Positions 1-9,844 of a stretch of DNA of 60,795 bases are shown one piece after another (position 1 is the stretch's first letter; every line of letters starts with the position of its first letter). Below the pieces are notes generated by a model. The model saw nothing but the letters and a program-made list of their open reading frames with translations. It had not been told where the DNA came from and did no database searches. This DNA is from an uncultured Acidimicrobiales bacterium (GTDB taxonomy: Bacteria; Actinomycetota; Acidimicrobiia; Acidimicrobiales; SZUA-35), in assembly GCA_937981915.1 (NCBI GenBank), contig CALJMD010000121.1, forward strand, positions 1-60,795. The letters run 5' to 3'. The position numbers and the translations under genes are program-made.

Positions 1-624
1 TCTGGCCGAGGAGCCGTGTCGATCGGTGGTCATCTAGCCCCGATCGTTGGGCGAATCTCGATGGACCTAACGACCGTTGACGTGACCGACGTTCCAGCAG
101 AGCTCGTGCAGGCCGGAACCTTGGCCGAGGTGATAGGCGAACATCGAAGCGTCGATCAGGTGGCGTCCGACGCAGGCACCATCGGTTACGAAGTCCTCAC
201 CGACCTCGGGCGGCGGTACCACCGAACATATTCCGGCCGCCCGCTGTCGGTCCAGGACGTCTTTGAGCATGTCGGCGGCAAGCAGTATTTCGTCTCCCTC
301 GTCGACCGCTTTTACGAGGGCGTCGTATCAGATGAGCTGCTCAGCGCCATGTACCCGGACGACCTCGCCGAGGCCCGGCGAAACACTGCCGACTTTCTCG
401 TGCAGTATTGGGGCGGACCTGACGACTACAACCAGCGGAGAGGCCACCCGCGTCTACGGATGAGACATGCGCCGTTTCACATCGATCACGCGGCCAAAGA
501 AGCCTGGATGAAGCACATGGCCGAAGCGGTTGAGGAAACCGAAGGCGCTTCGGAGCAGGTCAAAGCAATGCTGATGCAGTACTTCTCCACTGCGGCTGAT
601 CACATGGTGAACCAACCGGGCTAG
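1..624 (+). CDS. Alanine racemase C-terminal domain fused in frame to a group II (O-type) truncated haemoglobin; the 5' end lies outside the window
   Basis: Frame 1 is open from nt 1. 'VGRISMDLTTVDVTD...GTIGYEVLTDLGRRYHRTY' matches the Alr C-terminal domain. After a ~10-aa linker comes 'FEHVGGKQYF..VDRFYEGV..QYWGGPDDYNQRRGHPRLRMRHAPFHI..EAWMKHM', the GlbO pattern with Tyr-B10, proximal His and Trp-G8 present. There is no stop and no ATG/GTG/TTG between the two parts. Confidence 0.85.
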   Translation, partial: SGRGAVSIGGHLAPIVGRISMDLTTVDVTDVPAELVQAGTLAEVIGEHRSVDQVASDAGTIGYEVLTDLGRRYHRTYSGRPLSVQDVFEHVGGKQYFVSLVDRFYEGVVSDELLSAMYPDDLAEARRNTADFLVQYWGGPDDYNQRRGHPRLRMRHAPFHIDHAAKEAWMKHMAEAVEETEGASEQVKAMLMQYFSTAADHMVNQPG

Positions 625-679
625 TCCCGAAAGAAACGGCTTCGCCCAATAGTGCCCGGCTGGACCAACGGCTTGCCCT

Positions 680-2278
680 GTGTCTACAGTCGCTACGTAT
701 CCAGAAGGGGAGGACAGGGTGCATCCAGGCGTTCACGCCCGCACAAATCCGGACAAGCCAGCGGCAATTCTGCATGGGTCGGGCGAAGTTCTAACGTTTC
801 GTCAGCTAGACGAACGATCGACCCAACTTGCGCGTCTATTGCAGGAACGGGGGCTGAAGCCGGGTGACCACATTTCCATTTTCATGGACAACCGGTTGGA
901 GTACTTTGAGTGCTTCTGGGCTGGCGCTCGTTCCGGAATCTACGTCACGGCCATCAACCGGTACCTAAAGCCGGAAGAAACCGCGTACATCCTCCGTGAC
1001 TCGACGAGCCGGGCGGTTATCACGTCGGCATCCATGAAAGGTCTGGCCGCGGAGTTGCCGTCGCTCGTGCCTGAGGTGGACCTGTGGCTGTCGGTCGACG
1101 GGGGAATCGACGGGTATGAGGATTACCGGTCTTTGGTGGATCAACTGTCGACGGAGCCGCTCGAGCAACAGCCACGGGGCGACACGATGTTGTACAGCTC
1201 GGGAACGACCGGGCGCCCCAAGGGAATCAAGCGACCTCTATCGGGGCTTGATATAGATGATCCCGAAGCGACGCCTCGCCTAGTGCCATTGCTGCAGTTG
1301 GTTTTCGGCGTTGACGACTCCACGACCTATCTGTCTCCCGCCCCCCTCTATCATTCGGCACCTCTCGGGTTCACCACGACGGCGCAGGCTCTTGGAGCGA
1401 CAGTGGTCGTCATGGAGAAATTCGATGCGTTGGAGGCTCTGCGGGCCCTCGATGAGCACCACATCACCCACTCACAATGGGTTCCCACCATGTTCACCCG
1501 AATGCTGAAGTTGCCGGAGGAGCAGCGGCAAGGATTCGACTGGTCGAGCCACAAGGTGGCGATTCACGCCGCTGCACCGTGCCCGGTCGAGGTGAAGAAG
1601 CAAATGTTCGACTTGTGGGGTCCGATCATCAATGAGTACTACGCCGGTACAGAGGTGAACGGCTTCGTCTTTTGCTCGCCCGATGACTGGCTGGCCCATC
1701 CCGGCACCGTTGGACGATCGATTCTCGGCACGATTCGCATCTGCGACGATGAAGGTATCGAGGTGCCTGCCGGTCAACCGGGGACGATCTACTTCGAACG
1801 AGAAGAGGTCACGTTCGAATATCACAATGACCCGGCCAAAACTCGCGGCTCGCAACATCCGGATCATGTGACGTGGTCAACGCTTGGAGACGTCGGCTAC
1901 GTCGACGAAGAGGGCTTCCTCTTCCTGACCGATCGCAAAGCGTTCATGATCATCTCGGGCGGCGTCAACATCTATCCGCAGGAAATCGAAGACTGTTTGA
2001 TCATGCACCCGATGGTGGCCGACGTGGCCGTTATCGGCGTTCCAAACGCGGATATGGGTGAAGAGGTAAAGGCAGTTGTCCAGGTGGAGCAAGGTGTCGA
2101 CGACGATGACGAATTGGCGACCGAGCTGATTGCCTACGCAGCCCAACACCTTGCTCGGTATAAGGTTCCGGCCAGCGTCGACTTTCGACCAGAGCTGCCA
2201 CGGCTGCCCACCGGCAAGCTCTACAAGCGGCTCCTCCGCGACGAGTATTGGGGGAGCGGAGGTGGGGCCATTGTCTGA
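680..2278 (+). CDS. AMP-dependent acyl-CoA synthetase/ligase (FadD-like)
   Basis: AMP-binding motif 'MLYSSGTTGRPKGI', 'GDVGYVDEEGFLFLTDRK' and C-terminal 'LPTGKLYKR'. The true start is more likely GTG 719, which is preceded by GGGGAGGA. Confidence 0.9.
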   Translation: MSTVATYPEGEDRVHPGVHARTNPDKPAAILHGSGEVLTFRQLDERSTQLARLLQERGLKPGDHISIFMDNRLEYFECFWAGARSGIYVTAINRYLKPEETAYILRDSTSRAVITSASMKGLAAELPSLVPEVDLWLSVDGGIDGYEDYRSLVDQLSTEPLEQQPRGDTMLYSSGTTGRPKGIKRPLSGLDIDDPEATPRLVPLLQLVFGVDDSTTYLSPAPLYHSAPLGFTTTAQALGATVVVMEKFDALEALRALDEHHITHSQWVPTMFTRMLKLPEEQRQGFDWSSHKVAIHAAAPCPVEVKKQMFDLWGPIINEYYAGTEVNGFVFCSPDDWLAHPGTVGRSILGTIRICDDEGIEVPAGQPGTIYFEREEVTFEYHNDPAKTRGSQHPDHVTWSTLGDVGYVDEEGFLFLTDRKAFMIISGGVNIYPQEIEDCLIMHPMVADVAVIGVPNADMGEEVKAVVQVEQGVDDDDELATELIAYAAQHLARYKVPASVDFRPELPRLPTGKLYKRLLRDEYWGSGGGAIV

Positions 2279-2314
2279 TAATCGAATCGAACAGACTCCC
2301 AATCAACAGGAGCG

Positions 2315-3121
2315 TTGCCGACCATGACCGACCTCGGAGAACTTGAGACCATCAACTACCGAGTTGAAGCCGGTGTTGCCCACATCAGGTTTGATCGACC
2401 CGAAGGAGCCAACGCCGTCAACCCGGTCTTCGCTCGTGAGCTGCGTGAGGTGGTTTTAGCCGTCGAGTTCGACGACGCGGTTAGAGCAGCTTCGGTGACG
2501 GCTGAAGGCAAGGTGTTTTGCGCCGGAGGAGATCTCAAGGAGTTCCACGCCGCTGGCTCCGAACTTCCGGCGTACGCCTCCGGCATGCTGGTCGACTTCC
2601 ATGCTGCGATCTACCGCATGAATCGCACCCCGAAGCCCTTTGTGGCCGGTGTGCGAGGCGCCGCCGGTGGTGCTGGATTTTCGCTGATGGCCGCTTTCGA
2701 TCTTGTCATCAGTGGGGAGTCCACCAAGTACACGATGGCGTACACCCGAGCGGGCGTCACCCCGGACGGAACCTCGAGCTACTTCGTAGCCCGCCACATC
2801 GGTCTACGCCGCATGTTGGATCTAACGTTGACGAACCGCGTGCTGTCGGCTGCTGAAGCTGAGTCATGGGGATTGGTCAATCGGGTCGTTGCCGACGACG
2901 ATGTCGACTCCGCAACCGCTGACTTAGCCACGGAGCTGGCAAATGGTGCGTGGGCCGTTGGGCCAGCTAAGCGGGTCGTCTACGAGGGCTACGAGATGGC
3001 ATTGGAAGCGGCTGGCGAAAACGAAGCCACCGCAATCGCCACGGCCATGGGAACGCACGACGGGCAGGAAGGCATTGCCGCATTCGTGGAAAAGCGGAGC
3101 CCGAACTTCGAGGCCCGATAG
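2315..3121 (+). CDS. Enoyl-CoA hydratase/isomerase (crotonase) family protein
   Basis: 'FCAGGDLKEF', 'GAAGGAGFSLMAAFDL' and C-terminal 'QEGIAAFVEKRSPNF' are crotonase-fold signatures. It lies 37 nt downstream of the ligase gene on the same strand. Confidence 0.9.
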   Translation: MPTMTDLGELETINYRVEAGVAHIRFDRPEGANAVNPVFARELREVVLAVEFDDAVRAASVTAEGKVFCAGGDLKEFHAAGSELPAYASGMLVDFHAAIYRMNRTPKPFVAGVRGAAGGAGFSLMAAFDLVISGESTKYTMAYTRAGVTPDGTSSYFVARHIGLRRMLDLTLTNRVLSAAEAESWGLVNRVVADDDVDSATADLATELANGAWAVGPAKRVVYEGYEMALEAAGENEATAIATAMGTHDGQEGIAAFVEKRSPNFEAR

Positions 3122-3171
3122 CTTCCGGCGACACTGCACCGGCAGTCATCGACTGTCGGCCCAGAGCCGTC

Positions 3172-3738
3172 CTACATCATGAGAACGTGGCCTCGGTTGG
3201 TGGCCTGGGCTTGTTGTAACGCGCCGAGAACTCGATCGTTGACAGTGTCGGCCGGTTCATTGGGTTGTCGGATGGCGCCCCCCATGTAAACGGGAACCCG
3301 GATGGCCCCGGACCAGATGGCATGGGGCTCGGCCAAGAATTCTGAGATTTGCTTCAGCCGAGCGTTGAGGATTGGGGCGTCAGCCAACGTCCGTACCACC
3401 AACAAGAACGAGGCGCCTTCGACCTGGGTGACCGTGTCATACTTTCGGCGTTGGATCTCAAGTCGCTCGTAGATCGAATCGGTGACGATGGTCTCCGCCT
3501 CAGGAAAGCTGGGGCGAGGCTCGACCACACCGTGAACCCGAGCCCGACGAACGTCGGCGAAGACGGCGACGGCACACATCGGCTGGTTCTCATCGACTGC
3601 GTCGCGTATTGCTGATCGAAAGTCGACCGTCACGGCGAGCGTTTGCGAGTCGACGGAATACGGTTTGGGCTCTGCCATACCAAACCCGTCGGTTGGGACG
3701 GCAGCGAAGTAAGCCGTTGGTGGCCTGCCCTGGCACAA
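3172..3738 (-). CDS. Hypothetical protein with a degenerate GGDEF-like fold (GGDEF position reads VEGASF)
   Basis: The layout resembles a diguanylate cyclase domain: 'VAVFADV..', '..VTQVEGASFLLVV', 'VYMGGAI', 'LGALQQAQATNRGHV'. The signature residues are substituted. The start is more likely ATG 3678 (MAEPKPY). Confidence 0.45.
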   Translation of the reverse strand: MCQGRPPTAYFAAVPTDGFGMAEPKPYSVDSQTLAVTVDFRSAIRDAVDENQPMCAVAVFADVRRARVHGVVEPRPSFPEAETIVTDSIYERLEIQRRKYDTVTQVEGASFLLVVRTLADAPILNARLKQISEFLAEPHAIWSGAIRVPVYMGGAIRQPNEPADTVNDRVLGALQQAQATNRGHVLMM

Positions 3739-3807
3739 AAGTTGCTGTCCAAAGCGTCGGTGCCGACTGCGGGATACCCAGCCGACAGATGATGGCGGCT
3801 TGGCTCG

Positions 3808-4338
3808 CTAGCCGCCCACCCCGAACGTAGCAGCGAGCAGCTCCACGACCTGGTCAACGTCCGAAGGATGAACCGTGGCCAAGACGTGGCTGTTGGCCGG
3901 TGGTTCCCACTTTGCGTCAGCGGCCTCAGGTCGGTGCACGACAATGCACGGAAGTCCGGCGGAGCGGAACCCTTCAACCAAGATGATGTCGACCCGTCGC
4001 TCCATCAGGGGCAGTAGCTCGCCGAGGTCCGGAGCGGATGACTCAGCGCTCATCCATGCGACCTGATTTGCGCCCACCAACAGTGTCTCGGAAGCCCCGG
4101 CCTGGCGCAGGCGCCAAGAATCCTTGCCCTCGGTGTCGAGCTCAATTCGATGAGCGTCATGTTTGATTGCGCCAACTCGAACGCCCAGGGAGGTGAGCTT
4201 GTCGACGACATTGGTTAGAAGACTTGTTTTTCCGGTACCAGAAGGCGCCACGAACGAGACAACGGGAACCGAATAGGACGAATCCACAATCTTGTTGTCT
4301 AGTGCCGATCCCTCGTTGGGGCGATGCGAGCCCGCCAT
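3808..4338 (-). CDS. mobB: Molybdopterin-guanine dinucleotide biosynthesis adapter protein MobB
   Basis: P-loop 'APSGTGKTSL' followed by 'VGAIKHDAHRIELDTEGKDSWR', typical of MobB. Confidence 0.85.
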   Translation of the reverse strand: MAGSHRPNEGSALDNKIVDSSYSVPVVSFVAPSGTGKTSLLTNVVDKLTSLGVRVGAIKHDAHRIELDTEGKDSWRLRQAGASETLLVGANQVAWMSAESSAPDLGELLPLMERRVDIILVEGFRSAGLPCIVVHRPEAADAKWEPPANSHVLATVHPSDVDQVVELLAATFGVGG

Positions 4339-4457
4339 CGGCTACTCCTCTGGGTTGAACTGCTGCCTGGTCCGGTTGACTTCGTCGCCTTTGCCGGATT
4401 CGATTCCAGGGCACTGTTTCTGGCTCAGCGAAGCATATCGGCTAGCTTGGATCGACG

Positions 4458-5225
4458 ATGGAGTTGAACCTCGATGGCCGGAAGGCCTTGATCACCGGTG
4501 GATCCCGCGGCATAGGTTGGGCTTGTGCGCGTGCTCTAGCAGCTGAGGGTGTCAATTTGGCCATTGCCGCTCGAACCGTCGGTCCACTGAAAGAGGCGAC
4601 GCTCGAACTTCGTCGAGAGTTTGGCGTGGAGGTCTCAAGCCACTCGTGTGACTTGACCAAGCGGACCCATCGCGAAGCGCTAGTTGAGGTTGCCGGGCAG
4701 GTCGACATCTTGGTCAACAATGCTGGCGATATTCCCGCTGGATCTGTCCTCGAGGTCGATGATGAGGCTTTGCGTCGGTCGTGGGAGTTGAAGGTGTTCG
4801 GCTACATCGATCTGGTGCGGCGGTTCCTACCGTCGATGACGGCGAGAGGCTCCGGCGTCATCGTCAACGTGATAGGTGCGGCTGCCGATCACCCCCGTTC
4901 CAACTACGTCGCTGGGTCCGCCGCGAACGCCGCTTTGGCGGCGTTTACCAAAGCAGAAGGCGCCCAGTCATACCTCAACGGGGTGCGAATCGTCGGTATC
5001 AACCCGGGCCTGACCAGAACCGACCGCCTCGAAGAATTACTACGGCAACAAGCGGAGACGTCGTTGGGCGACGGAGAACGGTGGGAGGAACTCGTGCCGA
5101 AGGACCCGGAACCCGCTGACCCTGAGGACGTGGCCAACGTCGTGGTGTTCGCCTGCTCAGATCGTGCCCGCTTGCTGTCGGGGGCTACTGTGACTCTGGA
5201 CGGCGGTGCCGGCTTCTTGTCATAG
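4458..5225 (+). CDS. Short-chain dehydrogenase/reductase (SDR) family oxidoreductase
   Basis: 'ALITGGSRGIGWA' (TGxxxGxG) and 'LVNNAG' are present, and the length is about 255 aa. The Lys of the YxxxK motif is not obvious ('YVAGSAAN'). Confidence 0.85.
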   Translation: MELNLDGRKALITGGSRGIGWACARALAAEGVNLAIAARTVGPLKEATLELRREFGVEVSSHSCDLTKRTHREALVEVAGQVDILVNNAGDIPAGSVLEVDDEALRRSWELKVFGYIDLVRRFLPSMTARGSGVIVNVIGAAADHPRSNYVAGSAANAALAAFTKAEGAQSYLNGVRIVGINPGLTRTDRLEELLRQQAETSLGDGERWEELVPKDPEPADPEDVANVVVFACSDRARLLSGATVTLDGGAGFLS

Positions 5226-5243
5226 AGCCGGATCCGACGCCGC

Positions 5244-6065
5244 GTGGAGCGAGGAGTGGTCAAGATGGTGAGTTCAGATACGTCGCCCGAGGGCGTTATT
5301 GAGCAGTTGAACGAGTGTTACGCCAACATTGTTGCGCTGACACGGTCACTCGACGAACAGCAGTGGGCGACGCAGTCTCTTTGTCCCGACTGGGACACCC
5401 GAGGTGTCATCATGCATCTGGTCGCGGTCGAAAACATGCTCGACGGGTGGCGCCCCACTTCCGCCGATGAGCAGTTGCCATTCGCCCGCATCGGTGACTT
5501 CATCGAGCGGGCTGATTCGATGGACAACGCCGAGCTGGCGGAGAAGTGCAGCCAAGTCTTTGCCGGTCGAAGCACTGAGCTTGCAGGCTTGACCGACGAA
5601 CAATGGGCGCAACCGTGCCCGACCCCGGTGGGTCCCGGAACCTATCGAGAGTTCATGAACATTCGGGTCTTCGATTTCTGGGTACACGAGCGCGACATCG
5701 CCACGCCTCTGGGCCGACCAACCAATGACGACACTCAGGCGGCGGAAACGTCGCTTGACCAAGTGCATAGTTCGCTGGGCTACATCGTTGGGAAAAAGAT
5801 CGGGCTGACGGACGGCATGTCGATCTTGTTCGATATCACGGGCGGCGTTGGACGACAGATGAGTGTGGTCGTTGACGGTCGTGCCACGATCGTCGAGCAC
5901 CTCGACAATCCTGACATCACCGTGTCAGCCGACCTGGTGACGTTCATGCAGCTGGCGTGTGGCCGAATCGACCCTGCGGCCGCGATTGAAGCCGGTTCGA
6001 TCTCCTGGTCGGGTGATGATGAGTGGGGGCGGAAAGCCGCGTCGAGCCTTCGGTTTACGATGTAG
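5244..6065 (+). CDS. DinB/maleylpyruvate-isomerase-N family (mycothiol-dependent enzyme family) protein with an SCP2-like C-terminus
   Basis: The N-terminal DinB-like helix bundle ('LTRSLDEQQWATQSLCPDWDTRGVIMHL') plus the C-terminal 'GRIDPAAAIEAGSISWSGD' is typical of the actinobacterial TIGR03083-type family. The probable start is ATG 5265, after GAGGAG. Confidence 0.7.
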   Translation: MERGVVKMVSSDTSPEGVIEQLNECYANIVALTRSLDEQQWATQSLCPDWDTRGVIMHLVAVENMLDGWRPTSADEQLPFARIGDFIERADSMDNAELAEKCSQVFAGRSTELAGLTDEQWAQPCPTPVGPGTYREFMNIRVFDFWVHERDIATPLGRPTNDDTQAAETSLDQVHSSLGYIVGKKIGLTDGMSILFDITGGVGRQMSVVVDGRATIVEHLDNPDITVSADLVTFMQLACGRIDPAAAIEAGSISWSGDDEWGRKAASSLRFTM

Positions 6066-6129
6066 TTCCAAGCCTCTGGCTTGGTGTCTAGCGTCGGGCT
6101 TGGCTGTCTAGCGCCTGGGATCAATCTGA

Positions 6130-7908
6130 TCAGCGACGCGCTTGTACCCACTTCATGAACTTCTTCTCCGTCCAGCTGTTGACTACTAGCTCACGCGGAG
6201 CCCAACCTCGCTGGGCCGTACGCACGCCGTACTCCATTCGTCCGAGTTCCGACGTGTGGTGGCTGTCGGTGTTGATCACGAGCTTCACGCCTTTCTCAAC
6301 GGCGCGGCGAACGACATTCGATGCGGCATCCAAGCGTTGCAGCGCGCCGTTCACCTCCAAAGCAACGTCGTTGGCTACCAGGGCGGCGATCACTTCGTCA
6401 TAGTCGATCTCGATTCCCGGCCGCCGTCCGATGTAGCGACCGGTCAAGTGTCCGATCGAGTTCACTGTCGGATCCTCAATGGCATTTAACAGGCGCTGTG
6501 TCTGATCCTCTTTGGACAGATCGAAGTGGGAGTGGACTGACGCAACCGTGTACTCGAACTGGCGGCGAAAGTCAGGCTCGTAGTCCAGTCCGCCGTCGGG
6601 TCCGATGTTGAGTTCGCAGCCGAACAAGATGCGCATCTTCGGAAACTGTGGTTGAAGTTCTTGGATGCGCTGCCGGTGTTCTTCCATCTCCGCCTGAGAT
6701 GAACCGTTGATGGCGAGATCCTCGCCATGATCGGTGATGGCCAGATAGCGATAACCCTGATTGCTGGCGGAGGTGACCATCTCTTCCAGGCTTGATCGGC
6801 CATCCCCAGATCGATCAGTGTGGTAGTGCAGGTCGCCCTGGATGTGTTCGCGTTGAATGATGTCAGGCAGGGTTCCATCAGCGGCGGCCTGTACCTCGCC
6901 TGTGCCTTCTCGCATTGGTGGCGGAACAACGGCCATGTCGAGCGCTTGGTAGATCTCATCTTCGGTCTTTGCCGCCATCAGAGTCTGTTGGCCGTCGTCG
7001 TCGACTTCGAACAGGCCGTACTCGTTCAGGAGCAGCGAACGGTCTATCGACCGCTGCCGCAGAGCAATGTTGTGGGCTTTTGAGCCGGTGAAATAGAGGG
7101 TTGCCGCTCCAAACTGGTCTGGCTCGACGACCCGCACGTCGACCTGAAGGCCTGTGGTCGTCAGGAACGACGTCTTAGTCGAGCCGCTTAACAGAAGCTC
7201 GTCGACCTCAGGCAGCTTCCGTACCTCCGACATGACTTCCTCAGGCTGTTCCGAAGCAACGGTGATGTCGACGTCGCCAATGGTCTCGGCCATACGGCGA
7301 AGACTTCCGCAGTAGGTCACGTCGGCGACGTTCGGGTGGCCGCTCAAGCGGTCCACCAACCGCTCGGCGATCCCCATGACATCGGCGACCGGTGTCCGAT
7401 TGTCTTTTCCGCCCAGCCCCAGTCGCTCGATGGCTTGTTTGATTTTCGCTTCGCTTGCGGCGCCCATCCGGGGGAGTGTGCGTACTTCTTCTTCGTCCAG
7501 TGCGCGGCGAAGATCGTCGAGGTTCTGCACCCCGAGCTTGTCTCGCATTGCCTTCAGCGTCTTCGGCCCCACTCCGGGGATCTTTGCCAGTTCAGCGAAC
7601 TCTCGGGGATACTTTTCCCGCAGCTCGTCCAACTTGTCGACGGTGCCGGAGTCGAGGAACTGTCTGATTTTCGCCGCGGTGGACTTGCCAATGCCGTCGA
7701 GTTTGGCCAAGGCCGACGCCGACAGCGGTCGGATGTCGTCGGTAGTTGACTCGATGGCCAACCCTGCCTTCTCGTAGGCCCTGACCTTGAACGACTGTGG
7801 ACTTTCCTCCTCGAGCGTCGTCAGGCGGACAAGCTCGTGAAGCATCTCTTTGACCGCTCGGGCAGCGTCTTCGCTCGATGTGTATCTGCTGGGTTCGTCA
7901 ACGGCCAT
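6130..7908 (-). CDS. polX: DNA polymerase X family protein with C-terminal PHP phosphoesterase domain (PolX)
   Basis: Helix-hairpin-helix regions ('GIGKSTAAKI', 'IPGVGPKTLK'), a Pol-beta nucleotidyltransferase core ('GSLRRMAETIGDVDI') and PHP His motifs ('DLHYHTDRSGDG', 'ITDHG', 'SVHSH', 'NTDSHH'). Confidence 0.9.
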   Translation of the reverse strand: MAVDEPSRYTSSEDAARAVKEMLHELVRLTTLEEESPQSFKVRAYEKAGLAIESTTDDIRPLSASALAKLDGIGKSTAAKIRQFLDSGTVDKLDELREKYPREFAELAKIPGVGPKTLKAMRDKLGVQNLDDLRRALDEEEVRTLPRMGAASEAKIKQAIERLGLGGKDNRTPVADVMGIAERLVDRLSGHPNVADVTYCGSLRRMAETIGDVDITVASEQPEEVMSEVRKLPEVDELLLSGSTKTSFLTTTGLQVDVRVVEPDQFGAATLYFTGSKAHNIALRQRSIDRSLLLNEYGLFEVDDDGQQTLMAAKTEDEIYQALDMAVVPPPMREGTGEVQAAADGTLPDIIQREHIQGDLHYHTDRSGDGRSSLEEMVTSASNQGYRYLAITDHGEDLAINGSSQAEMEEHRQRIQELQPQFPKMRILFGCELNIGPDGGLDYEPDFRRQFEYTVASVHSHFDLSKEDQTQRLLNAIEDPTVNSIGHLTGRYIGRRPGIEIDYDEVIAALVANDVALEVNGALQRLDAASNVVRRAVEKGVKLVINTDSHHTSELGRMEYGVRTAQRGWAPRELVVNSWTEKKFMKWVQARR

Positions 7909-8078
7909 GTAGCCACAACTAGCAGTTGGGCACCGGAAATCCTCGGTGTCCAGTGGGGCTTACGGTCTGGGGTCGTCTTGAGCCCGATAGCCTCACGTGG
8001 CGTGAGGGACTCCGCTTTGGCATTGGATTGTTCGTACCCTAGGGTTGGGGGTTATTCGGCGACACGGACTGCAGGCTC

Positions 8079-8843
8079 ATGAAAATCGCAGCCAATCTGG
8101 GATATCTATGGACAGAGCTCGAGTTGTGCGATGCCATACGGCAGGCGCAGCGATACGGATTCGACGCCGTTGAGTTTCATTGGCCGTACATCACCCACGC
8201 TCTTGACGTTGCCCTAACCCTCGAAGAGCTTGATATTCCGCTGATTTGTCTGAACACGGTTGCCGGTGATCTTCCGGCTGGCGAGTTCGGGCTAGCGGCT
8301 CTTGCCGGTCGGGAACACCAGGCCCGTGCCGCCATCGACAAGGCGTTCGCCTACGCCGCCGATGCGTCGGCGTCCTCCATCCATGTACTGGCAGGAGTGG
8401 CGGACGGAAAGCAAGCGGCCGAAACCTACCTGGCAAACCTGCGTTACGCCGCTGAGCTAGGGGAGTCCTACGGCGTGGGCGTTTTGATCGAACCTATCTC
8501 TTCTCACGCCCGACCAGGGTACTTTTTGCGCACCGTGAATCAGGCTGCGGATGTCATCGACCAGTTGCCGACGGATAACGTTTCGATCCTGTTCGACTGC
8601 TTTCACGCCGTTCACGAGGGCTACGAGCTCCTCACCACGATTGAACGCTTTCTGCCCCGCATCGGCCACATCCAGTTCAGTTCGATTCCAGATCGCGCCG
8701 AACCCGACCACGGTGACGTCAACTACGGTGCACTGATTCCGGCCATTCTGGACCTTGGCTACAAAGGGTTTTTCGGAGCCGAGTACATGCCTGCAACCAC
8801 AACTATCGACGGATTGAGTTGGCTCACAGAGCTGAAGGGTTAG
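8079..8843 (+). CDS. hyi: Hydroxypyruvate isomerase-like TIM-barrel (xylose isomerase-like) protein
   Basis: 'KIAANLGYLWTE...GFDAVEFHWPY' and 'IGHIQFSSIPDRAEPDHGDVNY' match the Hyi family pattern. Confidence 0.75.
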   Translation: MKIAANLGYLWTELELCDAIRQAQRYGFDAVEFHWPYITHALDVALTLEELDIPLICLNTVAGDLPAGEFGLAALAGREHQARAAIDKAFAYAADASASSIHVLAGVADGKQAAETYLANLRYAAELGESYGVGVLIEPISSHARPGYFLRTVNQAADVIDQLPTDNVSILFDCFHAVHEGYELLTTIERFLPRIGHIQFSSIPDRAEPDHGDVNYGALIPAILDLGYKGFFGAEYMPATTTIDGLSWLTELKG

Positions 8844-9034
8844 TTGAACCGCGACATTTCGCACCCACAGTGCGTCTATAGAGAAGGTCGGTAACCGAAG
8901 CTGTGGGCTAGGTCCGACCGGTCACGAGGGGGTCAAGTCGGCCCGCAAAACATCGTGACTCCGTTGCTCCCGCGTTTTCCACCATTTGCTTTGGGGAAAC
9001 GCTAAACGGGAATCCGCATAAGGGAGATGCAATT

Positions 9035-9790
9035 GTGAATACAAGTAAGGAACTTGCAGCCGAGTTCTTCGGAACGCTTTGGCTCGTCCTCGGAGGGTGT
9101 GGGTCGGCAATCTTCGCCGCTCAGTTCTTGACCGGAGACGGTGAGTGGGATCTAGGTATTGGCCTGCTGGGTGTAAGCCTGGCATTCGGTTTGACGGTTG
9201 TCACCGGTGCCTATGCCTTCGGTCATATTTCCGGCGGCCACTTCAACCCGGCGGTAACGCTGGGACTGGTAGCCGGTGGAAAGTTTCCGGCAGCCAAGGT
9301 TGTCCAGTACATCGTTGCTCAGGTCCTCGGTGCGCTAGCCGCCGGTTTTGTCATCTACGCCATCGTAAGTGGCCAAGATGGCTGGGCTGGCATTGGCGAG
9401 GGCGCTGGGACATTTGCCACCAACGGCTATGGCGCCGACGGTTCACCGGGCGGCTACAACGCTGTATCGGTGTTCATCGCAGAAGCAGTGCTCACCGCGC
9501 TCTTCTTGATGGTCATTCTTGGAGCCACCGCGAAGCGGGCGGCCGCCGGCATGGGTGGCTTGGCCATCGGTCTGATGTTGACACTGATCCACCTGGTATC
9601 GATTCCGATCAGCAACACCAGCGTGAACCCGGCTCGATCAACGTCACAGGCCATCGTGGCCGCCATCTTCGGTGACGGCGTGTCGACACCGGTCGCCCAG
9701 CTCTGGATGTTCTGGGTAGCCCCGATCGTCGGCGCTGTAATCGGCGGAACCATCTACCGAGCGATGCTTGACACTGACGACGACGTGTAA
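9035..9790 (+). CDS. aqpZ: Aquaporin Z
   Basis: Two NPA boxes ('[11 protein letters not shown]', 'NTSVNPARS'), six hydrophobic segments and '[15 protein letters not shown]' at the N-terminus. GTG start preceded by AAGGGAG. Confidence 0.95.
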   Translation: MNTSKELAAEFFGTLWLVLGGCGSAIFAAQFLTGDGEWDLGIGLLGVSLAFGLTVVTGAYAFGHISGGHFNPAVTLGLVAGGKFPAAKVVQYIVAQVLGALAAGFVIYAIVSGQDGWAGIGEGAGTFATNGYGADGSPGGYNAVSVFIAEAVLTALFLMVILGATAKRAAAGMGGLAIGLMLTLIHLVSIPISNTSVNPARSTSQAIVAAIFGDGVSTPVAQLWMFWVAPIVGAVIGGTIYRAMLDTDDDV

Positions 9791-9844
9791 CTCTCACGTA
9801 GCATAACTTTGCGAACCGGACCCCTGAGGTTTGAGTCCGCTGAT

